Origin: an uncultured Actinomycetes bacterium | Lineage (GTDB): Bacteria > Actinomycetota > Actinomycetes > S36-B12 > CAIYMF01 | NCBI GenBank assembly: GCA_963777855.1 | Contig: CAVZRW010000001.1 | Span: 63,679-127,678 of the forward strand | Length of the DNA: 64,000 nt | Reading direction: 5' to 3' | Shown here: positions 42,123 through 51,303 of the stretch, piece by piece | How positions within the stretch are numbered: position 1 is the stretch's first letter | Layout: every line of letters starts with the position of its first letter | Notes under the pieces: generated by a model | Database searches by the model: none | Seen by the model: the letters and a program-made list of their open reading frames with translations, nothing else | Told to the model about the DNA's origin: nothing | Position numbers and translations under genes: made by a program

Positions 42123-43435
42123 TCAGACCGGGGTCGCCGGTGCCGCGGCCCGCGAGGTCGCATGCACCGCAGCCAGCATGCCGCGCAGGAACACCGAGTG
42201 CAGGGGTTCGATCGCGCGTGCGGCTGTCGCCGGCCGGCTCGCCTGCAGGATGCCCAGGGCACGGGCCAGTGCGTGTGGACCAGCGCCGTCCAGGGTGTCC
42301 ACGAGGAGCTCGCCGAGCTTCCCGCGCTCGATGGCCATGGTGACCATGCGGTCGAAGGTGTTCTCCGGCGTGAACACCCGGGCCTCGCGGGGCACCATCG
42401 AGTGGGCACCCCAGTTGCACCGCTCGTCGCAGACCCCGCATCCCAGGCACTTGTCCGGGTCGACGATCGCCCAGTTCTTGCGCAAGCCCTTGCCCTCGTT
42501 GTCGACCATCGTGATCGCGTCGGCCGGGCATGCGTGGTAGCACTTCTTGCATCCCCGGCACTTGTCCAGGTCCACGTGGGCCACCCAGTTCGAGGAGACG
42601 ATCGAGCCGGTGATTCCGTGGCGGCGGATGGACTGCATCATCCCGCAGCAGCACCCGCAGCAGTTGCACATGTAGGTGATGCCGTGCTTCACGTTGTCCG
42701 CGGTCTGGGCCAGGCCGGCCGACTTGGCCAGCTGGCAGGATCTCCAGGCCCTCGTCGTTGCTGATCGGTTCGGCCAGGCCCGACCGGACGAGCACGTCGG
42801 CGGCGGGGCCAAAGGTCAGGCAGGTGCGGGTGGGCTTGCCGCAGCCCTGCCCGATCAACTCGGCGTGCGTTCGGCAGGCGCACAGCGAGACGGCGACGCT
42901 GCGCGCCTCGGCGACGATATGGGTGGCCCGCTCCCAGTCGAGGACCTCGACCGTCGGCTGCTCGGGCAGCGCCTCCTCGCGGACCAGCGAGCGGCCGATC
43001 TGGGTGCTGCCGGCGAACACCGACCGGGCGAACGCGTCGTCATCGGTCATGTAGTGGTGGAACAGGTGCGCCAGCTCCTCCATGGGTGCGTCCTCGCGCA
43101 CCCGCATGAAGGTGTACTCGAAGAACCCGATGACGACGGGCGCGAGGGCGACCTGGCGCTGGCCGTGGTGCTCGAGGTCCACGACCAGCCCCTTGGCGGC
43201 CATCGTGTCCACCATCGGGCCGAGCTCTGCCTCGCCGCGGCCGGTCCGACGGGCCAGGGTCGGCATCGAGCAGATGGTCGGCATCCGCGCCGCGATCTCG
43301 GCCTCCTCGACGGTGAACAGCAGGCGGAGGATCTGCTGGAACACCGGGGAGTCAGGCGCCCCGGTGAGCATCCGGTCGAGGCGCTGCTGCAGCCGTTGGT
43401 AGGCGAGGTCGGGATCGGCGAGCGTGTGCCCCATG
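42123..43435 (-). CDS. Fe-S protein: N-terminal winged-helix-like region, CNCCGCCC cysteine cluster and 2x[4Fe-4S] ferredoxin motifs; one frame change as assembled
   Basis: GGAGG RBS, ATG 43435 (MGHTLADPDLAYQRLQQRLDR). Track ORFs 41743..44091 and 42123..42812 join at about 42733-42742 (..NDEGLEIL / QLAKSAGLAQTADNVKHGITYMCNCCGCCCGMMQ). Ferredoxin motifs are CRGCKKCYHACP and CLGCGVCDERC. Confidence 0.7.
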
Positions 43436-43651
43436 GCGGGCCTCCTGGAGGGCGGGACTGATGCCCAGTCAACACGCCCCGCGCCCGGAGCCTCAGAGGC
43501 GAAGGTCATCCGTCGTCCGATTGCCCGGCCCGGCCCGGCGCTGCGCCGCTGACCCGCCGACCGGTCTGCAACCGGCGAAGCCGCACTCTGGTGCCCTCGG
43601 CGCAACGAGCGTAACGTCGCACCCCCACGCCGAGTGTCATCGGAGGGCGCC

Positions 43652-44530
43652 ATGCGGCGGATCATGATGGCCACGCTGATGACCCTGGCGGTGGCTGCCT
43701 GCGGCCCCCAGCCCGAGGCTCGGCCGGCCGGGGCAGTGCAGCCGTTGGGGTCCGCGACCTCCGCCCAGCCGTCGGTGCCCCCCGGTCCGACCTCGGTCCC
43801 GCCGTCGCGGCCGACCACGGGCGGGGTGGGACCCTCGCTGGTGGCGGTCCGCGGCCTGCCGCCGGGGCCGGCCTCTCCTGATACCCCACCCCCGTTCCGC
43901 TGGTACGCGTCGTTGCGGGACGGCCAGTGCGCCGGGCTCGCCGACACGGCGACCGACACCAGCCTTCCGGAGGTGCAGCGCGCGATGTTCGCGGCACTGA
44001 CCCCGATCTGCCAGGTGCTGGCCGGCGAGCAGGCGAAAGTCGACTGGGACCGAGCCCGCGCCGCCTTCGATGCCTCGTCAGGGGAGACCAACTGCCTCGT
44101 GGCCGCCGCGCGGCAGTATCTGGGTGCGGTGATCTCCGCTCACGACTCGGCCCCCCAGGTGGTGCTCACCACGGGCCCCGCGGCTGAGGGCACCGCGTGC
44201 CCGGTCGGGATCGACAGTGTCGAGATGGCCAGCCCGGGCGAGTTGGTGGCCGCGGGCCCCTACCTGTTCGAGCCGAGCGCGGCGCGGGTGGGATCGCGCG
44301 ACCTCCAGGTCGGGTTCCCCGAGGTCGACGTGAGCTCCGGTGTACCGCAGGTGCGGATCCCGCTCGCGGGCGGTGACGGATTCTGCCTTCCCGCCGGGCA
44401 GCCGGCGACGCTGGAGGTCATCGGGAACGGGTACTCGGTCTCTGCCGGCTTCGCGCCTGCCGACGTGGGGCAGGGTGCCTGCACCGGGGACGCCGATGGG
44501 ACCGCGGTCCCGGACGGTGCGACGGGCTGA
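43652..44530 (+). CDS. Hypothetical lipoprotein
   Basis: Track ORF 43634..44530. MRRIMMATLMTLAVAAC is a signal peptide with a lipobox. A Pro/Ser-rich linker follows. Confidence 0.65.
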   Translation: MRRIMMATLMTLAVAACGPQPEARPAGAVQPLGSATSAQPSVPPGPTSVPPSRPTTGGVGPSLVAVRGLPPGPASPDTPPPFRWYASLRDGQCAGLADTATDTSLPEVQRAMFAALTPICQVLAGEQAKVDWDRARAAFDASSGETNCLVAAARQYLGAVISAHDSAPQVVLTTGPAAEGTACPVGIDSVEMASPGELVAAGPYLFEPSAARVGSRDLQVGFPEVDVSSGVPQVRIPLAGGDGFCLPAGQPATLEVIGNGYSVSAGFAPADVGQGACTGDADGTAVPDGATG

Positions 44531-44531
44531 C

Positions 44532-45508
44532 ATGGCCGCCGAGTCGCACGGATCACCGAGCCCACCTGACTCCGGGTCCCCGCCGGAGGCCGGGAGCCCA
44601 CCGGACTCCGGGTACCCACCTGACTCCGGGGCCCAGCCGGGCCTCGTGGCGGCGAAGGCGCTCATCGCCTTCCTGCCGCCGGTCACCCTGGTCACGGCGC
44701 TGCTGTTCTACTTCGGGTGGGCCCGCAGCTATTCGCAGGCCCGCGCCCTGGGCGCCGACGCCAGCGTCTTCGGCTATTCCACCAGGGACTACCTCCTGCG
44801 CAGCGTCGACAGCCTGTACCTGCCGCTGATGGTCCTGGCCACGGCCGGCCTGCTCGCGCTGCTGGCACACCAGTTGGTGGTCGCCCGCCTGAGCGGCGCC
44901 ACCCAGGGTCACCCCGACGCGGTGGTGGGGGTGGCCGGGGCGGTCCTCTCGTGCTCGGCGTGGCCGTACTGGCCTTCGGCCTGCTCTACAGCGCGGGTGT
45001 CCTCGGCCGGAGTCGGTTCGTCGACCTCACCGGTCCGCTGGCGCTCGGCCTGGGACTGCTCGTGGTTGCCTACGGCGGCTGGATGCGAGTCCGCGCGCGT
45101 GGGGTGGCGCGCGCGGGTGCCTGGGGCCAAGTCCCCGCGGCGCCCTGGGTTGCCCCCCTCGCCGCTGGGCTGCTCATGTGCGTCGTGGCACTGAGCCTCT
45201 TCTGGGCGGTCGGCAACTACGCCCTCTGGCGGGGGCAGGACCTTGCGGCGGTCGTCGCGAACACGTACCTGGACCGACCGGGAGTGGTCGTCTACGCCCC
45301 CCAGCGCCTGGCTCTCGAGGGCGTGACCGAGACCGCACTGCTCGACGAGGGCGAAGCGCCGTACGCCTACCGCTACAGCGGGATGCGGCTGCTGGACCGG
45401 GTGGCGGACACGTACTTCCTGATGCCCGTCGATTGGGCCAGCGCTCCGCGGATCATCCTGCTGAAGGACAGCTCGGACCTACGCATCGAGCTCACCTACG
45501 GCGCATGA
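44532..45508 (+). CDS. Hypothetical membrane protein with N-terminal (S/Y)PPDSG repeats; one frame change as assembled
   Basis: ATG 44532 lies 1 nt after the upstream stop. N-terminus: SPSPPDSGSPPEAGSPPDSGYPPDSG. Track ORFs 44340..45194 and 44717..45508 join at about 44938-44952 (..VVGVAGAV / LVLGVAVLAFGLLYSAG). The protein has 4-5 TM helices. Confidence 0.55.
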
Positions 45509-45721
45509 CCTGTGGGCGTGGACGGCCGGCGGCCGCGTGATGCCGGCGGCCCTCAGCTCCCGGACAGGCCGTCGAGGTGCGGGGCCAGCGCCCCCACCGT
45601 GGCGGCCACCCCGCGGCGTCGGGCAGTGAGGTGATCGTGGCGCCCATTGTGGTGGGGGCGGCGGCCCGCGGCCCGGGACAAGCCCGGATGCGCCCGGGCG
45701 AGGCCCCGCGGCGCTCCTCCG

Positions 45722-46321
45722 CTATCGGTGGGCTGGGGTGAGCCCGTGCACCAGGCCCTCGGCGGCCAGCGTTCCCATCTCGAGGACCCTGGCCACCGGC
45801 TGGCCGGCGTCGAGCTGGCGGAAGCCGCCCTCCAGGATCCCGAGCGTGAACGCGGCGGCGAGGGCGCTGCGGTCGCGATCCTGCCCGAGCAGGTCGAGCC
45901 AGGCCTCGGTGAGGGCATCGCGCATGCCGGTGTGGGCCTGGTCCAGGCTCTCGTCGGAGCGGTGGGGGACCGCGCGCACGGCCTCCATCAGCCAGCCGTG
46001 GCCCGAGGCAGCTGCCTGCTCCAGGTTCGCGCGGACCCAGGTGACCACGCGCGTCGCCGGGTCCTCGGACTGCGCCATCGCCTCGTCGACCGCCGCCAGC
46101 CAGGCGGGCAGGTAACGTGCCACGACCATCGCGCGCAGGTCGTCGACGGAGTCCACGTAGCGGTAGATGCTGTTGCGCACGATGCCCGCGGACGCGCTGA
46201 CCGCACCGGCGGTCAGCCGGTCGGGCTGGCCGGAGCGCAGGATCTCCTCGGCCGCGTCCACGAGGCGGGCCTGCACCTGCGCGCGGTGCTCGGCGACCGT
46301 GGGGGCGTCGATCTTCGGCAC
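45722..46321 (-). CDS. TetR/AcrR family transcriptional regulator
   Basis: Track ORF 45722..46435. GTG 46319-46321 follows AGGGAGG. HTH: LTAGAVSASAGIVRNSIYRYVDSVDDL. Confidence 0.8.
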   Translation of the reverse strand: MPKIDAPTVAEHRAQVQARLVDAAEEILRSGQPDRLTAGAVSASAGIVRNSIYRYVDSVDDLRAMVVARYLPAWLAAVDEAMAQSEDPATRVVTWVRANLEQAAASGHGWLMEAVRAVPHRSDESLDQAHTGMRDALTEAWLDLLGQDRDRSALAAAFTLGILEGGFRQLDAGQPVARVLEMGTLAAEGLVHGLTPAHR

Positions 46322-46361
46322 GGGCACCTCCCTGTTCGCGACGCAGGTGTCGCCAAGTTGA

Positions 46362-46413
46362 CGACATCGTGTCGCGAAGCATACGCTCAGGGACGTTAGC
46401 GACATAGTGTCGC
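46362..46413. promoter_or_regulatory. Two related palindromes (candidate TetR operators) in the divergent TetR/DUF2871 intergenic region
   Basis: cgaca-tcg-tgtcg lies at 46362-46374 and gcgaca-tag-tgtcgc at 46399-46413. The half-site tgtcgc(c/g)aag occurs three times. Confidence 0.55.
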
Positions 46414-46433
46414 CAAGATTGTGAGGGGAACCC

Positions 46434-46931
46434 ATGCTGAAGAACGCTGAGACCGTCCTGTTCCGCAGTGCCGCCGCCTGGGCCGTGGTCGGCCTCGTCG
46501 GCGGGCTGGCCTACCGGGAGGTGACACGGGCCGCCGAGTTCACGGGCTTCACCCAGTTGAGCCTCGTGCACACGCACGCCCTTGCCCTGGGGACGCTGAT
46601 GATGCTGATCACCCTCGTCCTCGAGCGGGAGTTCAGGCTGAGTGTCGACCGACGCCTCGGCTGGTTCGTGTGGGTCTGGAACGTGGGGCTGGCGCTGACC
46701 GTCGGTGGCCTGGCCGTCAAGGGCGTCTTGCAGGTGGACGGTTCGGCTGCGGCGGATTCGCCGGCGATCGCCGGCCTCTCGGGCTCGGGACACATGCTCA
46801 TGGCCGGAGGCTTCATGCTGCTGTTCCTCGTGCTGGGCGCCCGTATCCGGCAGGCCGCGCAGGTCGGGCCCGGGATGGTGGCGGGCTCGGGCGGCGCGTC
46901 GGAGCTCGCCGGGTCCCCGACGCTGCGGTGA
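46434..46931 (+). CDS. DUF2871-like small membrane protein
   Basis: Track ORF 46434..46931. It has four TM helices, with GLAYREVTR after TM1 and HTHALALG in TM2. The family name is recalled from the signature. Confidence 0.65.
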   Translation: MLKNAETVLFRSAAAWAVVGLVGGLAYREVTRAAEFTGFTQLSLVHTHALALGTLMMLITLVLEREFRLSVDRRLGWFVWVWNVGLALTVGGLAVKGVLQVDGSAAADSPAIAGLSGSGHMLMAGGFMLLFLVLGARIRQAAQVGPGMVAGSGGASELAGSPTLR

Positions 46932-47054
46932 CGCCCGCGGCCCTGTCCGCCGACGTGCTGCCTCACCGCGGCAGGCCCCCCACACTGGGCCCTGTCGCGA
47001 CCACTGCGGCGGCACGCCAGGGCCGCCCGCGCCCGATCCGAGCGAGGTGAACCG

Positions 47055-47870
47055 ATGGGCATCGTCAGGCTGCCTCCAGGGGTCCGTCGGCGACTGCCGG
47101 GCTGGCGGGGCGACGTTCCCGAGGTGTTCCTGGCCGAGGGGCGTCGTCCGGGCGTGCACACCGTCGTCGCCTGCGTCGGGGACAGCATCACCCAGGGGCA
47201 GGTCAGCGCGAACTACCTGGATCTGCTGCGGCGCCGATGGGAGCCCGCCGGATTCCAGTTCGTCAACGCCGGCGTCAACGGTGACCTCGCCTGCAACGTG
47301 GCCCGTCGGCTCGACTCCGTGATCCGGTGCCGCCCCGACGTCGTGACCCTGCTCATCGGCACGAACGACGTGAACGCGCAGTTCGACGACTCATGGCGGG
47401 CCCGCTACCGCAAGAACCAGGAACTGGGCGTGGACCCGAGCCTGGCGTTCTACGCCGAGCAGGTCGACCAGATCCTCACGCGACTGCAGTCCGGGACCGA
47501 GGCGGAACTTGTGACGCTCGACCTGCCGCCACTCGGCGAGGACCTCGCCAGCCGGATGAACCACCTGGTCGGGCAGTACAACGAGGCGCTGCGCGAGGTC
47601 GCCACGCGCCACGGGGTGCGCTGCCTGCCGCTGAACGAGCAGCTCGTCGCGCTCCTGCCTTCAGGTCATCGCCCGCCGCCCTACGAGGGCAGCGCGACCG
47701 AGATCATCAGGGCCGCCGTCGGGCACATGCTGCTGCGGCGCACGTGGGACGAGGTGGCCGTGGCCAGCGGCCTGGCGGTGCTCACCGACCACATCCACCT
47801 CAACGACCGCGCCGCAGGTGTGGTCGCGCAGCTCATCGGCGGGGTCCTCGCTGAGCGCAGCGCCCCGTAG
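47055..47870 (+). CDS. SGNH/GDSL-family hydrolase
   Basis: Track ORF 47055..47870. Block I VACVGDSITQG, block II NAGVNGD, block III LIGTNDV, block V DHIHLN. Confidence 0.85.
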   Translation: MGIVRLPPGVRRRLPGWRGDVPEVFLAEGRRPGVHTVVACVGDSITQGQVSANYLDLLRRRWEPAGFQFVNAGVNGDLACNVARRLDSVIRCRPDVVTLLIGTNDVNAQFDDSWRARYRKNQELGVDPSLAFYAEQVDQILTRLQSGTEAELVTLDLPPLGEDLASRMNHLVGQYNEALREVATRHGVRCLPLNEQLVALLPSGHRPPPYEGSATEIIRAAVGHMLLRRTWDEVAVASGLAVLTDHIHLNDRAAGVVAQLIGGVLAERSAP

Positions 47871-48011
47871 GCCAAGGCTGGCGGCCCAGGCGGGGGCGGC
47901 CAGGGCGCCAGCCGACGCCAACGGGCCGAGGCGCGCGGCGCTCGGGACTGTGTGGGGCGTGGCCGTTGTTGGTTGGGGTGGCCGGTGTGGCGGTGATGGA
48001 GGAGGTCGCGG

Positions 48012-48677
48012 GTGTCGGTGGGTGGGCAGGTGGACCGGTTGGTGGCGGCGGGGGTCCCGGAGGCGGCGGGGATCAGCGCGGCCGAGTTCGCGGCGCATGG
48101 CGACGGCCTGCCGGAGTTGCCCGGCGCCGTGCTGGCGATCCACCCGAGCCTCGCCCCGCCGAGCCGTCTGGCAGGCCTGCTGCGCCACGGCTCCCGACCG
48201 GGGTTCGTCGTCGAGGACATGACCGACGTCGACGACTTCGCGGCGATCGATGGGGTGAGCGTCCCGGAGCAGCTGCTGTACCTGGTGCTCGGCCCGACCC
48301 GCGGTGACGAGCTGCGCAGCGCCACGCCCGTCGAGGCCCTCGTCGCGATCGGCGCTGCGGGGCGCACGCCGCTCACGCTGAACGAGGGCATCAGCTGGCT
48401 GCTGCAGGAGCCTGACGTGCTGCAGCCCGGGGCGTGCTTCATGACGATCGGCTCGCGGCGCAGAACCGCCTCAGGGGTGGACGCGCGCACGCCGGCGATC
48501 TGGATCAGCCGCGGTACCGGCCGGGACGGGGCGGCCCGGCGCAACGCCCCCAAGGTGGGCTGGTGCTGGGCTGGGAACCAGCACTCGTGGCTGGGTCACG
48601 GCTCCGCCGGCGGACGGCACCCCGAGCCCGGGATGCAGGTCGCTCCCGACGCGAATCCCGTGGCGGCGCGCACCTAG
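48012..48677 (+). CDS. Conserved hypothetical protein (DUF5701-like)
   Basis: Track ORF 48012..48677, with an alternative GTG at 48030. Motifs: TPLTLNEGISWLLQEP, CFMTIGSRR, ARTPAIWISRGTGRDG, PKVGWCWAGNQHSWLG. The family name is recalled, not searched. Confidence 0.6.
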   Translation: MSVGGQVDRLVAAGVPEAAGISAAEFAAHGDGLPELPGAVLAIHPSLAPPSRLAGLLRHGSRPGFVVEDMTDVDDFAAIDGVSVPEQLLYLVLGPTRGDELRSATPVEALVAIGAAGRTPLTLNEGISWLLQEPDVLQPGACFMTIGSRRRTASGVDARTPAIWISRGTGRDGAARRNAPKVGWCWAGNQHSWLGHGSAGGRHPEPGMQVAPDANPVAART

Positions 48678-49195
48678 CCCAGCAGGTTCGCCAGGGCGCC
48701 CACCTGGTCGGCGGTGGCCTGGATCGCCTGGCCGAGGTCGGCCCAGGCTTCCTGCTCGGCCACGGAGACCCCGGTCAGCGACGCGGCCTTCTCCTGCGCC
48801 GAGGCCTGCAGCTCGGCGAGCTGCTCGTCAAGGGGCTCCAGCGCGGCCCGGCTCAGGTCCTGTGGCGCTGCCAGCAGGGCCAGGACCTTTGCGTTGACCT
48901 GCTCGAGGCCCGTGCGCAGCTCGGTGAAGGCGGCCCGGTTGTCCTCGGAGACCTGCAGCTGCGCGTCGGGAAGCCTGCCCAGGGCCCCCTCGAGGGCCTC
49001 CTCGGCCTGGGCGCGCGCGGACTCGGCGACGGCGTCCACGGCCTGCTCGACCTGCTGCTGGGCCAGGTCGGCCGCCCCGCAGCCGCCGAGCAGCAGCACG
49101 GCACCGACGGCGGCCCCGGCGGCGCGCAGCCGAAGCGGGCGGGTGTGGCGGTTGGCGGCGGCATTCCGGGTGGGTGGTGCCCAGTGGTGGTCCAT
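48674..49195 (-). CDS. Hypothetical helical lipoprotein
   Basis: Track ORF 48674..49195. LLLGGC lipobox, followed by Ala/Glu/Gln/Leu-rich predicted helices. Confidence 0.55.
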   Translation of the reverse strand: MDHHWAPPTRNAAANRHTRPLRLRAAGAAVGAVLLLGGCGAADLAQQQVEQAVDAVAESARAQAEEALEGALGRLPDAQLQVSEDNRAAFTELRTGLEQVNAKVLALLAAPQDLSRAALEPLDEQLAELQASAQEKAASLTGVSVAEQEAWADLGQAIQATADQVGALANLLG

Positions 49196-49258
49196 GTCCC
49201 AATTGTCCGACGCAGGGCCCGATCCCGCACGAGGTGCAGACGAGCCCTCCTCGGGTCC

Positions 49259-50164
49259 TCAGTCGGTCGCGACGGCGGCCAGGACCGCGTCCTCCAGCGC
49301 CGCCCTGTCGTGGATCGGGCTGGCCTGCGGGTAGCTGGTGGTCAGGAAGTGCTGGGCGTAGGGGAACACGGCCACCTCGAAGGGTGCGTCGGCCAGGAAC
49401 TCCTCGCCGAACGTGTTGACCTCGACGTCCACGGCCTCCAGGGGAAGGTGCAGCGCCTGCTCCATCTCGCCGGGGTCGAAGATGAGGCCGAACGGGATCG
49501 ACTCGTCCTCCCTGAGCCGGCCGCCGTAGTCGACCGAGAGGTTGCCGTCGATCCACAGCCGCGCGTCGAGCGGGCGCATCGGCGCCCCGGGCAGCGCCGC
49601 GGTCACCGTCACCCGGTTGCGGCGCTCGTTGCTGTGCACGTCCACGATCACGTCGCCGGCGTGCGAGGTGGTGATGATCGCGCGGCTCGTCGTCGAGCCG
49701 GAGAACCCCTGGCCGGGGTCGTAGTTGATCGTGTTCGACTCGTAGTCGCAGATGAGCCAGGTGAGCATGCCCGTGCGGGTGTCCTCGGCGATCACGTACA
49801 GCTCGACGCGGCTGCCCCAGAACACCGAGGAGTGCACGTTGAACGCCCCGAGGATGCCGCAGTACCGCGGGCGCCCGTCGGCGAACATCGAGGTGGCCAC
49901 CAGCTCGTAGTCGGCCGGGATGAGCTGGCGCGCCGTGTCGGGGTCGGTGATCTCGTAGGCCAGGAACAGGCAGTACGGCTCGACCACGAATCCGACGTAC
50001 GGGTCCCCGCCCGCGTGGGTGACGATCCAGCGCTGTGCCGGCAGGGGGAGCTTGGCCAGCATCTCGGCCCGCGAGTAGAGCTTGGCGACCTCCTTCGGTG
50101 AGACCTTCTGCTCGGTGTGCGCGACGAACTGGCGCAGCTGCGCCGGATCCACCCGTGAGGCCAT
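49259..50164 (-). CDS. Conserved hypothetical protein
   Basis: Track ORF 49259..50200, with the ATG at 50164 (MASRVDPAQLRQF). The composition is balanced (W, Y, F, N, I present) and the ORF is intact. I do not recognise the family with confidence. Confidence 0.55.
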   Translation of the reverse strand: MASRVDPAQLRQFVAHTEQKVSPKEVAKLYSRAEMLAKLPLPAQRWIVTHAGGDPYVGFVVEPYCLFLAYEITDPDTARQLIPADYELVATSMFADGRPRYCGILGAFNVHSSVFWGSRVELYVIAEDTRTGMLTWLICDYESNTINYDPGQGFSGSTTSRAIITTSHAGDVIVDVHSNERRNRVTVTAALPGAPMRPLDARLWIDGNLSVDYGGRLREDESIPFGLIFDPGEMEQALHLPLEAVDVEVNTFGEEFLADAPFEVAVFPYAQHFLTTSYPQASPIHDRAALEDAVLAAVATD

Positions 50165-50345
50165 GCCGGGCAGCGTAGGTCCTCCGTGGGGTCTCCGCAC
50201 GGCGCCGGAAGAGCCGCCCGTGCTCCTCGCCAGGGCGACACGCCCGGGGTGAACTTCTGCAAATCTTGTGCATCTGGGAAGTGGGTTCTGTCCGAAGTGT
50301 CAGTGAGAGCCCAACTGCGGGCTTCCCCCCTACGAAGGAGTCACG

Positions 50346-51155
50346 ATGCGAAGCACCGCCACCCTCCTCGGCACCGGAGCCCTCCTGGCCGCCAGTGCCG
50401 CTTTCGCGCTGCCTGCTGCAGCCGCCGACACGGCCAGCGTCTCGGTCCTTCACGCTGTTCCCGAGGCCACGGTCGACGTGTGTGCCAACGGCGAGGAGCT
50501 GATCCCCGACTTCAAGCCCGGGACCCTGGCCGGCCCTCTGAACCTGCCCGCGGGCACCTACACGATCAAGGTCGTGGCCGGGGAGGGCGACACCGACTGT
50601 GACGCCGAGGCGCTGATCGGTCCCGCGGACGTGACGGTGGCCGCCGGCAAGAGCTACACGGTCGTGGCCCACCTGACGGCTGACGGTGACCTGACCGCGA
50701 CCCCGTTCGAGAACAGCACCGAGGCCGTGGACGCGGGCCAGGGCACGCTGGTCGCCCGTCACGTGGCCGAGGCCCCGGAGGTCGACGTGCTGGTCAATGG
50801 CGACAGCGTGGGCTCGTTCAGCAACCCCGAGCAGATCGGCCCGGCCGCTCTGCCCGCCGGTGAGTACGACGTGGAGATCCAGGCCGGTGGCGAGACGGTG
50901 AGCACCACTCCGGCGACCAACGCCGTGCCGGTCGCTGCGGGCCAGAGCACGATCGCCTACGCGTGGGGCACCGCCGATGACCTGCAGATCGCTGTCCAGA
51001 CCGTGAAGCTGGGCCACTCGTCGCCCAGTGGGGTCCCCGGTGGTGAGTCCGGCTCCGCGGCCGGTGGGAGCGCCGCCTGGCTGCTGCTGGCTGCCGGTCT
51101 CGGCGCGGCCGGCCTGGCCGTCTCGGGTCGTCGCCTGGCCACCGCCACCCGCTAG
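50346..51155 (+). CDS. DUF4397-domain secreted protein with C-terminal TM anchor and basic tail (sortase-substrate-like architecture, no LPXTG)
   Basis: Track ORF 50346..51155, with a GAAGGAG RBS. Signal peptide MRSTATLLGTGALLAASAAFALPAAAA. Two DUF4397-like repeats (VSVLHAVPEA..VDV; LVARHVAEAPEVDVLVNG). C-terminus: SSPSGVPGGESGSAAGG-AAWLLLAAGLGAAGLAV-SGRRLATATR. Confidence 0.75.
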   Translation: MRSTATLLGTGALLAASAAFALPAAAADTASVSVLHAVPEATVDVCANGEELIPDFKPGTLAGPLNLPAGTYTIKVVAGEGDTDCDAEALIGPADVTVAAGKSYTVVAHLTADGDLTATPFENSTEAVDAGQGTLVARHVAEAPEVDVLVNGDSVGSFSNPEQIGPAALPAGEYDVEIQAGGETVSTTPATNAVPVAAGQSTIAYAWGTADDLQIAVQTVKLGHSSPSGVPGGESGSAAGGSAAWLLLAAGLGAAGLAVSGRRLATATR

Positions 51156-51166
51156 GCAGCACCGCA

Positions 51167-51202
51167 GCGAGGGGGTGGGTGACCTGTCACCCACCCCCTC
51201 GC
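51167..51202 (+). terminator. 16-bp perfect GC hairpin with tetraloop between the substrate and sortase genes
   Basis: The sequence is gcgagggggtgggtga-cctg-tcacccaccccctcgc, beginning 12 nt after the DUF4397 stop. No U-tract follows (ctgctcgcttg). Confidence 0.6.
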
Positions 51203-51303
51203 CTGCTCGCTTGATCCGCACGATGGCAGCGCAGCCGGGTCGAGCGGGTGGGCGTGAGGATTCCCCGATGAGGTACTAGGCCCGAGGTCGACGGGAGGTC
51301 GAG

